Shown here: one piece after another, positions 22,660 through 33,600 of the stretch
How positions within the stretch are numbered: position 1 is the first letter of the stretch
Layout of the letters: each line of letters begins with the position of its first letter
Source of the DNA: Strigamia acuminata
Taxonomy: Eukaryota
Reading direction: 5' to 3'
Length of the DNA stretch: 64,000 bases
Assembly (NCBI GenBank): GCA_949358305.1
Contig: OX442314.1
Span: 10,974,001 to 11,038,000 of the forward strand
The notes under the pieces: generated by a model
The model's input: only the letters and a program-made list of their open reading frames with translations
Told to the model about the DNA's origin: nothing
Database searches by the model: none
Translations under genes and position numbers: made by a program

Positions 22660-24699
22660 TTAACGCACATAAGTTTCCATTATATCTATTACATCTTCTT
22701 CACTATAACCGGTCGACATCAACAGCGTCTTGAGTTGAGTATGGTTTGGAACAGCAGCTGGACCGCAATCCGACATGGAAGTAAACAAATAGCTTCTCAT
22801 GAAATGATTGACGTCTTGTGGATTGGCGAAACAAAAATTTAAAAAATCTTCCGACATAGACCGATTGCTCCACAGGCCAGACTGCGTGTAACATCTGAGA
22901 GCGAGACAACGGCAGAATTCTGTGAAAATTGCCATCTCGTTCTCCGGTAAAACATTTCTTCGAGTAATATCTTCTAAAAAAAATTTGTCAAGCTTTCCAG
23001 CTTCACGAGCATCGATAATTTCCGATATTTTATAAAAACTATTCAACACCGGTATTACTCCGTCCGGTAAACTCGCGTCTTCCAACCACGCAATCTTCTC
23101 CAAGTCCTGCTGGATATACGACGATAATGCCGCCAAACTCGCTCTTAAATCGGATGCAGCGACATCGCTAATTCCTTGGGTTGCAGCTTCGCCGAGCCAA
23201 ACGTGAAACCTGTTGATCACCTGGAAGCGACCGACGAAGTAGTTAATGAGAACCGATTTTTTAACCTTGCTCCTGTCATTTGCATTTGAAAAAGAAAAGC
23301 TCAATAATCTGTCGAGATTTGTCCACTTTTTCTCTCCAAACGTGTCATCGAGGAACCTGAAACTGGTGTTTTCCGCAAGGTAGGAGCAATGCATCTTAAA
23401 CGTGCTCATTTCTTCCTTCGTCGTTATGTATTTTCTCGCAATCAACTCCAGAAAATCCCATTGGAAATGGCGGTCCGCATATTCGCTAAAAGGGATCCCC
23501 AGAACGTATCTGGACAAAATTCTTCTCCTGCTTTTGATACTCGCATCGCTCAGCAATAAGTCGACGTTATCGAGATCTTGCGCCAAGCACAGCGTTTGGA
23601 ACACGTGCGAATATTTATGTCCGTAATGACATTTCCTCATTTCGGCAGGAGCGTTTAACCAGAAACGAACCAATAACTCCCTGACGCTGAACGTTTTTTC
23701 CTCACGGTCGTACGAAATATTTTCAATAGACTTCCGGATCATGCCGTAGAAGTCGTCACCGGTCGCGAAGACATCCAAAATGCGGCTACACGTGGGCTTG
23801 AACGAGTCAAAGTGCATAAACGTTTTCAGCAAAGGTAACAAAGGTTTCAGTCCGTAGTCGGAAGACAAAACGGTCGATATTTGTTGCTGGTCCATTTCCC
23901 CAAGTAGAAAGATGGTGATTCCAGTCTCGAAAGTGCAGAAACAATCGTCGCTGTGGTTGCGAATGTTAGGGTGTTCAATCAAGTCCCTCAACTTGCTTTT
24001 CTTTTGGACCAGCAACTCGACGAGCTCATTTCTGTCGTGCGGTGTCATGAGTGACCAAAAGTATTCCACTGCAGATTGGTTTTGGTAGTCTATGGACAGG
24101 AAGAACATTTCTACTTTCTTGTCGAAAGTGATCGTCGAAAAGTCATTTATAATCGTCATCTCTTTCCAATATTCATACATGATGTTTCCCAAGATCGTTT
24201 CCTTTCGTTCGTCAAACCTTTCTTTCAAAATGGTGGCGTTTTCGGTCCAGATATTCTCGGCGACATCTGCGATGCAAAACACGACGGCGATGTCGAATCT
24301 GGATTGGATCGGCCAGTTTTGTAATTGGGAAAGCATTCGTGCCGTTTTGTTCACGTCTAATTGTCCGTGTACTGTCCATTGCGTGCATTGGATCGTGGAG
24401 TTGACGAATTTTACGTCGAGGAAGTAGAAAACTTGAGTGACTAAGAATTTCAGCAAATCCCACAACTGGTTTCCGACGTTGTAAACCAATGGTCTCAGCA
24501 TTTCTTTGAGCTGCTTCGGAATGATTAGCGCCTTCACTTGGTCACAGATTGCTTCTCTTGTGTCGAACCATTGTTTCTGTCGACATTTAGTGATTTTTTT
24601 GAACTTTTTTTGAGTCATGAATTTATATTTCCATATTACAACCGAAGTTTTTGCTAGTGAAATATGTTTTAGACTCGGTAAGTCTAAAATGGACTTCAT
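22660..24699 (-). CDS. Intronless unknown-family protein, copy C (~680 aa)
   Basis: Intact ORF, close paralogue of A/B, ATG at 24699. Confidence 0.85.
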   Translation of the reverse strand: MKSILDLPSLKHISLAKTSVVIWKYKFMTQKKFKKITKCRQKQWFDTREAICDQVKALIIPKQLKEMLRPLVYNVGNQLWDLLKFLVTQVFYFLDVKFVNSTIQCTQWTVHGQLDVNKTARMLSQLQNWPIQSRFDIAVVFCIADVAENIWTENATILKERFDERKETILGNIMYEYWKEMTIINDFSTITFDKKVEMFFLSIDYQNQSAVEYFWSLMTPHDRNELVELLVQKKSKLRDLIEHPNIRNHSDDCFCTFETGITIFLLGEMDQQQISTVLSSDYGLKPLLPLLKTFMHFDSFKPTCSRILDVFATGDDFYGMIRKSIENISYDREEKTFSVRELLVRFWLNAPAEMRKCHYGHKYSHVFQTLCLAQDLDNVDLLLSDASIKSRRRILSRYVLGIPFSEYADRHFQWDFLELIARKYITTKEEMSTFKMHCSYLAENTSFRFLDDTFGEKKWTNLDRLLSFSFSNANDRSKVKKSVLINYFVGRFQVINRFHVWLGEAATQGISDVAASDLRASLAALSSYIQQDLEKIAWLEDASLPDGVIPVLNSFYKISEIIDAREAGKLDKFFLEDITRRNVLPENEMAIFTEFCRCLALRCYTQSGLWSNRSMSEDFLNFCFANPQDVNHFMRSYLFTSMSDCGPAAVPNHTQLKTLLMSTGYSEEDVIDIMETYVR

Positions 24700-25290
24700 G
24701 ATTTGGAATTCCAACGGATTTGTTGCTTAACTGTCAACAGGAATATTCATTATATTACTTTACAATAATAATCTCGCTTGCGATATCGCGCAAAGAGGTT
24801 AATTGTTGAACTGTGTAAGCCGCCATCTTGGTAAAAACCCCTTATGCTGGAATGGAGGCTTGACTGCAACGTTCGAACAATACAAGCATTTGCTCTTCAA
24901 TATTGTTTATCTGTCTGTGCATTTTATTTCTACCAATTAAGTCAAGTGAAATTTACTATTAAAAATTAAAATATATAATATATAATACAATATATTATTA
25001 TGCGCTTAGTGTCTCGTGGAATGCATTGAATGCAATTAAATATACACCATTTATATGTGGCCATTAAACGGAATTATATCTCAATATAATGCAACTATGG
25101 CAGTAATATCCGGTAAAGATCATCTTCCGCAATCCGTCAGCCAACTTGTTTCTTTTAAAATAGCATCCGTTAAAAATGAAATATCTAATCGTTTTGTTTT
25201 TTCTGGTTTGGTCATTCGTGGGTAAGTTATATTTTGCACAAGAATAATTAATTCATTAGTGAGCATTGACTTATTTTATTTTGATTAGCA

Positions 25291-27479
25291 ATGACAGCTA
25301 ATGCATCTAGGGCTCCACCAGTTAATATAGGGTTAGGGTGGGGTTTAGTGTGTTTTGTGTGTGGGGTTTTATTGTGGTGGGAATTGGAAAGGGTTTGGTG
25401 GTTAGGAGCGTTTTGAAGGTTTTAGGTGAAATTTGGACAAAAATTGGATTAGTTTTGATTATTTAAAGAAGAAATTGACAAAAATTGAATATTTTAAGGA
25501 AAAAATTGACAAAAATTGAATTATTTAAAACAAAATTGACAAAAATTGAATTATTTAAGACAAAATTGACAAAAATTGAATTATTTAAGAAAAAATTGAC
25601 AAAAGTTGAATATTTTAAGGAAAAAATTGACAAAGGTTGAATTTTTTAAGGAAAAAATTGACAAAGGTTGAATTTTTTAAAAGAAAAATAGACAAAAGTT
25701 GAATTTTTTAAAGAAAAAATACGACAAAAAATGAATTCTTAAAACAAAAATGGTCGTTTTAGCTTTAAACCATTTTTAAAAATTGAATCCTTCCATAAAA
25801 CATAAATTTTAATATTAAAATATATTTATGCGTTCATGATTTTAAGATAAAAATCGACTTTAACTTTGACCATTTCCCCACAATCCCTCAACACACAAAC
25901 ACCAACTTGAAAAAATGAAATTTCCTAAAACAATTTATTTCCCTCTAAAAACAAGATCAAAGACGCAGTAATTCAGGAAGAGTTCCTAGTGGAGGAAATG
26001 ATGGCCATGTTCGCCTCAAATCCGGAACAATTCGACCAGTATGTGAAAGCAATTACGAACACAATCTTTGAGAAGGTAAAAAATTGAAATTTAGAAGAAT
26101 TGAAAAAAAAACATTTTTATTTTATTTTTCTTAAGTCTTTTATGGAGCCAAACCTGAGGTACAACCACACATTTTTGTGCAATTATCTCGCCCAAATTCT
26201 CATATCCCACACGTCGGATAAGATTTTTCGCCAACTTTTGCTGACGAAGTGTCAAGAAGAGTTGGACGAACAACGTATCACGTTTCAAGATATCACGTTC
26301 CAGGCGAATGGCAATTGGCAGCACGGACTCGTTTATTTTATACAAGAACTGTTCATTAATTTAGAAGTTTTAAAAGTACACAAACAAAACTCTAGGCGCG
26401 TTCAAAGTTTCAGTTTTTATGCTTTTTAACCGTTTCCATAAACAGAATGGCATCAAAAACAGCCAAAAACCATCACCAAAGACCGCAAAAACCAAAACCA
26501 CGACGGGAGTGTTTTATGAATCGGTTTATGCCAGGATTTGGTTTTTACAACCAAATACAAAATGGCCACCTTAACGGATCAGGCTTTCAAGTGTCATAAA
26601 CACTCCCAATGCTAAATTATGTTTGAATAAAAGGGCCACGACCACAATTCGTCAGTAAAATTGATGAGAATCTGCTATTTAGTGTGGGAGCGAAAGGGTC
26701 GAGTCGAAACGTGTGGTTGATGCAGAAAACGGAAGTGCCCATGTACAATTTTATTCGCATATAACGACCATAGGCGCCAGGTGGCGCTACAAAACGTGTG
26801 ATTATGTCACGGATTTGGCATAAACCGAAATTTTGAACGCACCTTTTGTTTTGATTGAGAAATAAATACATTTTTTTATTTAATTTTTTTCAGTTTACCG
26901 GTGCAGTTTCAGAGGAAGAATTTCAATCGAAACCTGGTGATTATTTCGAGAAAGCATTAACGGAATTTAAAGACTCGTCACATTTTTCAAACAACAGCCG
27001 GTAATTAATGCTTAAATACACCCAACTCTGTTTTCACACGACTTTGTTGTCTAGAAAATATATTACAACAATTTTCCACCTTTTAAATTTTTTTTTTAAA
27101 ATTAATTTTAGATACACGTCTAAAGATGATTTTATTGGAGACTTTTGGTCTGTACGTTTTGTTTTATTCGCTCGTTTTATCGTTGTATTTAAATTTGTGT
27201 TAATGATGTTGAGTTTACAGGATGATCCTCTACTTTACGGACTTGGCGGTCAACCAATGTCCAGTGAAGAGACTCAGTTTCTGGAGAGTGATCAGTATTC
27301 GTCCGAAGCTGTAGACGATTTCTTGGATTATTCGGATTTCGAGTAATTTATACTTTAATTTAATTTGGATTGGAATCAAATTGGATTTTGATCTCAGGCA
27401 AGCTGAGGATTGGTCAGATGGGGACAATCTAATGACAGATGAAATGGCGGCTGCGTTTGAAGAGTTTCTTGCTCAGTAA
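25291..27479 (+). CDS. PAIP1: PAIP1-like protein, shortened (exons ~25291-25320, 25956-26075, 26136-26375, 26894-27000, 27112-27151, 27221-27342, 27398-27479)
   Basis: EPNLRY..LCNYL...FRQLLLTKCQ...FIQELFINLE resembles the PAIP1 MIF4G N-half; DPLLYG..GQP and the terminal acidic MTDEMAAAFEEF match the PAIP1 C-terminus; splice phases are mutually consistent. Confidence 0.65.
25430..25745. repeat. ~30-bp intronic minisatellite (aaaaattgacaaaaattgaattatttaaga)
   Basis: About 10 tandem units. Confidence 0.85.
26394..26844 (+). mobile_element. ~450-bp MITE, family copy 1
   Basis: TIRs aggcgcgttcaaagtttcag / ccgaaattttgaacgcacct; first ~180 bp homologous to the reverse complement of 34115-34289. 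Confidence 0.75.
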
Positions 27480-28218
27480 AGCAACAACGGGACGATTTGG
27501 GAAAAATAATTAAACGGAGAAAAAGATATTTTAACTGTTGTGTTTGTCAAGATTGATTTTTTTTTTAAATAGAATATTTCTCCTCGTTAGTTAATTTCAA
27601 TTTCTATGGATAATGGAGTCACGGAATTGGTAATAAACGTTTAAAAGGAAAAAATTTGTCTTGGCACCGGAGTTTCAGGGTTTTTACGTTGAAGGTTGAA
27701 GAAATACGAAATCTAATGTTTACAAATTAAACGAAACTACTCCCACACCCTTATTCTACTCGACCCTGGTATATTTAATTGCTACCTTATCTTTCTTTCG
27801 TAGTTTTTAATGTGTTTAAAAAGACCAGACAACTTGCAGCGGAACCATCTTCTTTCTCTCGTAAAATGACGTAATTCGTTCCTGGCGGACAAAGGCGTAA
27901 CTAATCGCTACGATCGCTATGAGTTTTTGTTTGCCGCCATTTCTGAAAATTAGAAATGAAATTTTAAAAATCCAACTATTTGATTAATTTTTCACGATTC
28001 GTTCATTTTAAAAACAAACATATTACCACTATAATGTCTAATAAAGCCACAATATATTCCAAAGTTGGTAATGTGTCGAAAACATTACAAATTATTAATT
28101 TTTTTAACTTCCATCGGTTGCTTTACCAGCTGATTCGTGACAATTCTCAATAAAATACAATTTTCTTACAAAAACAAATAACAATTTAATTTTGCTCGTG
28201 GTTTACATCATAGTTTGT

Positions 28219-28294
28219 ATCGAAATATACATTTTTAATCGAAATATACATTTTTAATCGAAATATACATTTTAAATCGAAATATACATTTTTA
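28219..28294. repeat. 4 x 19-bp repeat (atcgaaatatacattttta) abutting the copy D stop codon
   Basis: Directly visible tandem units. Confidence 0.85.
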
Positions 28295-30316
28295 ATCTAA
28301 ATATGTTTCCATAACTTCTGTAATTTCTTCCTGACTACAACCGCTCGCCATCAACATCGTCTTGACTCGCTTTGGGACAGCACAGCCCAGCATCAAGCAA
28401 TAAAACGAATAGGACCTGATGCAATAACTGACATCCTGCGAATCGACAAAACAATAATTCGCAAACTCTTCCAACGACGTCTGATGACCACTGCGCTCGC
28501 TGAAGTGTGCGCACACTCTATAAGCAATACAACAGCACAATTCCTTAAACACAACCATTTCGTTCTCCACTGAAACATCTCTTCGAGTAATAACTTCCAA
28601 AAAATTCCTATCCAGCTTTCCGGCTTCACGAGCATCGATAATTGCCGAAAACTTATAAAAACTAATCAAAACCGTTTTTATTCTCTCTAAATCGCTCCCA
28701 TCAACCATCCATCGAATATTATCCAAGTGCTGCCGGAAATAAGTCGACAATAAAGACAAACTTTCTTCCAAGTCGGAAGCAACCACGACGCTCATTCCTT
28801 CGGACGTCGATTCGGGAAGCCAATGCAGAAATCGGTGGATGTAATGCGACCCCTTCGGACGACTAGTGAAGTGGTCGATCAGAATCGATTTCTTAAACGT
28901 GCTCGTTTCTTTTGAGAAGGAAAAACTCAAAAACCTTTCGAGTTCGGCCCACTTGTTCACTTCGCTTTCGACTTCGAGCAACGTGCTGCCGATGTAGTAG
29001 GCAATGTAGGAACAATGCGACTTAAAAGTGCTCATTTCTTCGTTAGTCGTTACGTATTTATTCACAATCGACTCGAGAAAATCCCATTCGAGATTGCAAA
29101 ATCGCTTTTCTTTGAAAATTATGTGCGAAACTGATCTGGACAACATCCTTCGTCGGTTGGTCACGCCCGCTTCGTCCAGCAGTAAGTCGAGGCTGTCGAA
29201 GTCTTGCGCCGTCAGTAGAATTGGGTAAATAAATGAATATTTGTGTTCGTGATGACATTTGCGCATTTCGGCGGGCGCGTTTATCCAGAAACCAACCAAA
29301 CATTCCCTGTCTTCTCGGAAGCGGTGGGATTCAACGGCGCTGCGGATCACGTCGTAAAAGTGATCGCCCGACGCGAACAGATTCAGAATTCGGCTCGCTG
29401 TGGGCGTGAAGGAGTCGAAATGCCAAAAATATTCCACTAGAGGTGCGAGAGGTTTCACGCCGTAGTCGGAAGACAAAACGGACGTCAGTTGTCGTTCGTC
29501 CATTTCGGCGAGTAGAAAGTTCGTGATGCCGATCTCGAATGTGCAGAAACAATCTTTGCGGTGGTCGGCAATGTGGTAATGTTGGATCAAGTCCTTCAAC
29601 TTGCTTTCTTCTCGGATGAGCAACTTGATGAGCTTGTTTCTCTCGTGCGGTGTCATGAGTGACCAGAAGAACTCGACGGCAGATTGGTTTTTGTGGTCAA
29701 TGGAGAAGGAGAACATTTCTAGTTTCTTGTCGAAAGTAATCTTCAAAGCGGATGTTTTAGTCACGCTTTTCCAATATTTGTACATCATATTTTTCAAGAT
29801 TGATTCGCTTTGTTCTTCAAACCTTTTTTCCAAAATGGCGGCGTGCTCGTTCCAAAACTCATCGATGGCATCTGCGACGCAAAACACGATGGCGATTTCG
29901 AATCGGGATTCAATTGTCCAATCACGCTGTTGTGAAAGAAATCGTGCTGTTTTAGTCACGTCTAATTGCCCGAGGATTGTCCATTGAGTGCATTGAATTA
30001 CGGAGTTGGTGAATTCTACGTCGAGAAATTCGACGTCGTTGATAATTTGGGGGACTAAGAATTTCAGCAAATCCCACAGTTGCTTTCCGAGATGCCAAAC
30101 CAATAATTCCAACATTGGTTTTAAGTGGCTTTGAATGGCTAAAGCCTTCACTAGTTCACAAATCGATTCTTGCGTGTGTAACCATCGTTTCTTGCGACTG
30201 TTTGTTGTGGTTTTCTTGCACTTATTTTCAATGATGAAATTGTTTTTCCATAGCGAAGCCGAAATTTCTACTAGGGAAATATGTGTAAGACTCGGTAAGT
30301 CCAAAATAGTTTTCAT
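28292..30316 (-). CDS. Intronless unknown-family protein, copy D (divergent, ~675 aa)
   Basis: Intact ORF sharing LPSLxHISL, QCTQWT..GQLDV.KTAR, NQSAVE.FWSLMT and DCFCTFE.GIT motifs. Confidence 0.85.
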   Translation of the reverse strand: MKTILDLPSLTHISLVEISASLWKNNFIIENKCKKTTTNSRKKRWLHTQESICELVKALAIQSHLKPMLELLVWHLGKQLWDLLKFLVPQIINDVEFLDVEFTNSVIQCTQWTILGQLDVTKTARFLSQQRDWTIESRFEIAIVFCVADAIDEFWNEHAAILEKRFEEQSESILKNMMYKYWKSVTKTSALKITFDKKLEMFSFSIDHKNQSAVEFFWSLMTPHERNKLIKLLIREESKLKDLIQHYHIADHRKDCFCTFEIGITNFLLAEMDERQLTSVLSSDYGVKPLAPLVEYFWHFDSFTPTASRILNLFASGDHFYDVIRSAVESHRFREDRECLVGFWINAPAEMRKCHHEHKYSFIYPILLTAQDFDSLDLLLDEAGVTNRRRMLSRSVSHIIFKEKRFCNLEWDFLESIVNKYVTTNEEMSTFKSHCSYIAYYIGSTLLEVESEVNKWAELERFLSFSFSKETSTFKKSILIDHFTSRPKGSHYIHRFLHWLPESTSEGMSVVVASDLEESLSLLSTYFRQHLDNIRWMVDGSDLERIKTVLISFYKFSAIIDAREAGKLDRNFLEVITRRDVSVENEMVVFKELCCCIAYRVCAHFSERSGHQTSLEEFANYCFVDSQDVSYCIRSYSFYCLMLGCAVPKRVKTMLMASGCSQEEITEVMETYLD

Positions 30317-30636
30317 GATTTGCAATTCCAACAGATTTTGGGTTTAGTTGTCAACAGATCCACTCATTATTACTTCACAATAATAATCGTGGCTAGTCTA
30401 GTGCGTGCTTTAAACGTCACTATTGTAAATTTATATTATTTAAATTTATTTATTTAAATTTACGCGGTAGATGCGCCCCACTAAATTAGTGTCTGGAAAA
30501 AGGTTTGCATATTTTTATTTTTATTTGCATAAAATGGACTTTTGGTGCATATTTTATGCGCATAAAACAAATTTTATTTTGCATAAATATCCGGGGTCTG
30601 TACATAAGCAATATAGACTGGCAGATGTTTTATCTT

Positions 30637-33600
30637 TTAGCGCAAATTAGCACATAATTTTTGGCGAGTTGGTTCTAAAACTATGGCATACTGATAATCC
30701 AACACTAAATCTTTGTGTTTTGTGAATGTAAAACGTTGCAACAAAGTTGTCAAATGCAGAAATAATGACATTCGGGCCAAAGTTTCTCCTACACATTGTC
30801 TTCTACCTATAATTGTTACAAAAAAATTTTTTATACCGGTTATTAAGTTGCAATAAGTATGGTAATACAAGAAAAGTAGAATTATTTACCAATAGAAAAA
30901 GGAATTAATTCCTCTACTCGTTTTACTGAATTGTCTTCACTTATAAAGCGTTCTGGCAGAAACTGTTCTGGTTGAGCAAATATTTCTGGATCTCTGTGTA
31001 ATGCCCACAAATTGGTGACAATAGATGCATTCTTCGGAATGCAGTAGCCGTTTAGTATAGTATCTTCAGTTACACTGAAAAAATGTCAACACATTGTTAA
31101 GTCTCAGCACACACTTTGAACCATGATCAACAATAAACCAGTAAAGTAGCTATTGTTAGTGAACTGTTTAACGTTTAAGCTTAACACCTTTTTTAGTATG
31201 TGCTTTCCAAGTAAAATTAGCGCTAAACGAGCATTACGTTAAACTACAAGGTACCGTAGCGAAATTTTGTAGCATCATAGCGAGGTTTGGTTACGGCTAA
31301 AAACAAATGAATTAGTAATTGATGATATTATTGGCCTTACCCAAACTATGGCACTTGACCTCTTGACTATCACAGAAACTTGGCTGACCCCTAACTGTCC
31401 CGATGACATTCTTAATGTCCCTGGTTTTTCCCTCGCCGGCTCTGACCGCCCATCACAGGGTGGTGGAGCCGCCCTATACTTTAAATCTACCCGTTCCCTC
31501 ACTTCTTGTACTACCCGCACCCATGTGTATTGGGCCGCAAGTATTTTTTAATGTTGAAAAAAATAAAATGGTGAAATTCAAACCCTAAAAAATGCTTTTA
31601 ATCAAAACAAATAAATGTAACTTAAAGAACAAACATTGGGCTTTATTTTTTTTTAAAAATGAATTTTTAACTTAAATGAGCCAAAAGTTATGTCCATTGA
31701 ATATGCGCTATTTGGCACAAGTATATTTGGCCACCACGCTAATTAGTTGGGCCCATACAAGAAACCATCCCCAAGCCATTTTACTATTGGGTGTAAACTT
31801 TCTTCCTCTAACCAATTTGGCTCTTGACAGGGTTCCAACGCCCTCCACCTTATCTTCTCTTTGTATATTAAGATCATTAATTGCTGCAATACCGATAAAC
31901 ACCTTCACCTTCACGGATGTATCCAAAGCATTCGATACTCCCCCCCCACCAATATGTCCTCAATACTCTCAACAATCAATCCATCGGCCTCATTCCTCTC
32001 CGTCTCTTTTCTTCCTACTTCACCGATCGCTCTTTCCACATCTCGTCAGACCCCAACGCTTCCGACTTCCCCGCCTCCCGTCATTCAAGGCACTGTCACA
32101 GGACCCATGCTCTACAATTCCCTCACCTGCCCTATCTTATACCGTCCTCTTCAATCCCAAATCCGATCTTATGCCGACAATAACTTTCTCACCCAGTCCA
32201 CTGACCTGCCTGCTTCTACTGATATATTCTCCCTTCTCTCAGGGTGGTACTCCTCTCATGACATGACCCTGAATTAAGGTAAAACTAACGCCATAAATTA
32301 GTTGCACACTATTTATTCTTAATTTCGCACTATTTTTAATTGTTTTCCTCACTACTTTTTTCCGCACTATTTGTACTGAATTTTACACTAAATGTTCTTT
32401 ATTTGTCACTACTACCGAAAAACGTTTTTTCGGTTGTAGAAACGTTTTATGAACTTTCAGGCGCTATTTATATTATTATAACGTTTAGGCACTTTTTCGT
32501 ATATAAAGGCCTGATTCACACTGTTAATTTTGTAGCAGCAATGACTACACGTAAACTCTTCTCATCTTCGGAATCTGAAAGCGACGTTGATTGTACTGAA
32601 CCTGCACCAAAACGAAGGCGAAAGGAACGATTAGAATGGAACAAGCTAACCACTTACTAGTATGCGAATTCTGGTGAAGCTTTACAAGCTTTGAAAAGCG
32701 AGAAGACATGGATCATGAGAAAGCGGTACCAATCGAGTATTGGTAAAAAAAATTTTTATGACTGCCGCCATTCGAATGATTGCAGCGCAAAGAAATACGT
32801 TTTGTTGTTGCCAACTTCCGATAAATGCAAAATCTACTACACAACCGACACACACTCGCACCAGCCTCTCACGATTTGGGGCATACCACAATTGTCGAAA
32901 GATAAAATACGTGAGTTATACCAAAATGGTGTAACTAAACCCAAGACAATTCGTTCCAAACTTAGGGATTCAGGTCTGACAGAACCAACGGCAAAACAAA
33001 AAAAAATTTAGTGTGTCGTTAAGTAATCTGTAGTGTGAAATTGGAAAAAATAGTGGAGAAAAACGAAAATCACTTTTAGTGAAAAACAAAGAATAAATAG
33101 TGTGCCAATAAATACAACCCTAAAACTAACATCATTACTTTCAGCCGCCCCTGGGCCCGAGCCTCCTACCCCTCCCAATCTGATGCCGTCCTGGGTCTAA
33201 TTCTAGATCCCCACTTGACCTTTGCCCTCTATATCCACAAAATTACTAAGTCCCTAATCAAATCCAGTTTCATTATTAAATATAATCATAAAGTCTTGTC
33301 TCGGAATAAAATCACTAAATACATTAAAGCCAAGATTCATCCTACTATTTCTTATGCTTCAGCCATCTGGAACTCGTCCCTTGGCCGGTTCAAGATCTGC
33401 TGACACTTCCATCGCCGTCTCCACAATCACCTACTCAGTGCCCAAAAAACTGTATACCGGTAACTGTATTCTGACCCTGTACTTTTACTCCATTGGAGTG
33501 TTCAATAAAAAATAAATAAATAAATAAATAATTACCAACTGTGAGGATCATTAAAAGGGATTATCGACGACATTCGAAAAATTTCCATAATAGTTGCTTG

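Noticed and set aside
18391..29987. Recurrent plus-strand ORFs (e.g. 19081-19476, 21585-21980, 24092-24427, 29601-29987)
   Set aside because: Antisense shadows of the conserved minus-strand paralogues
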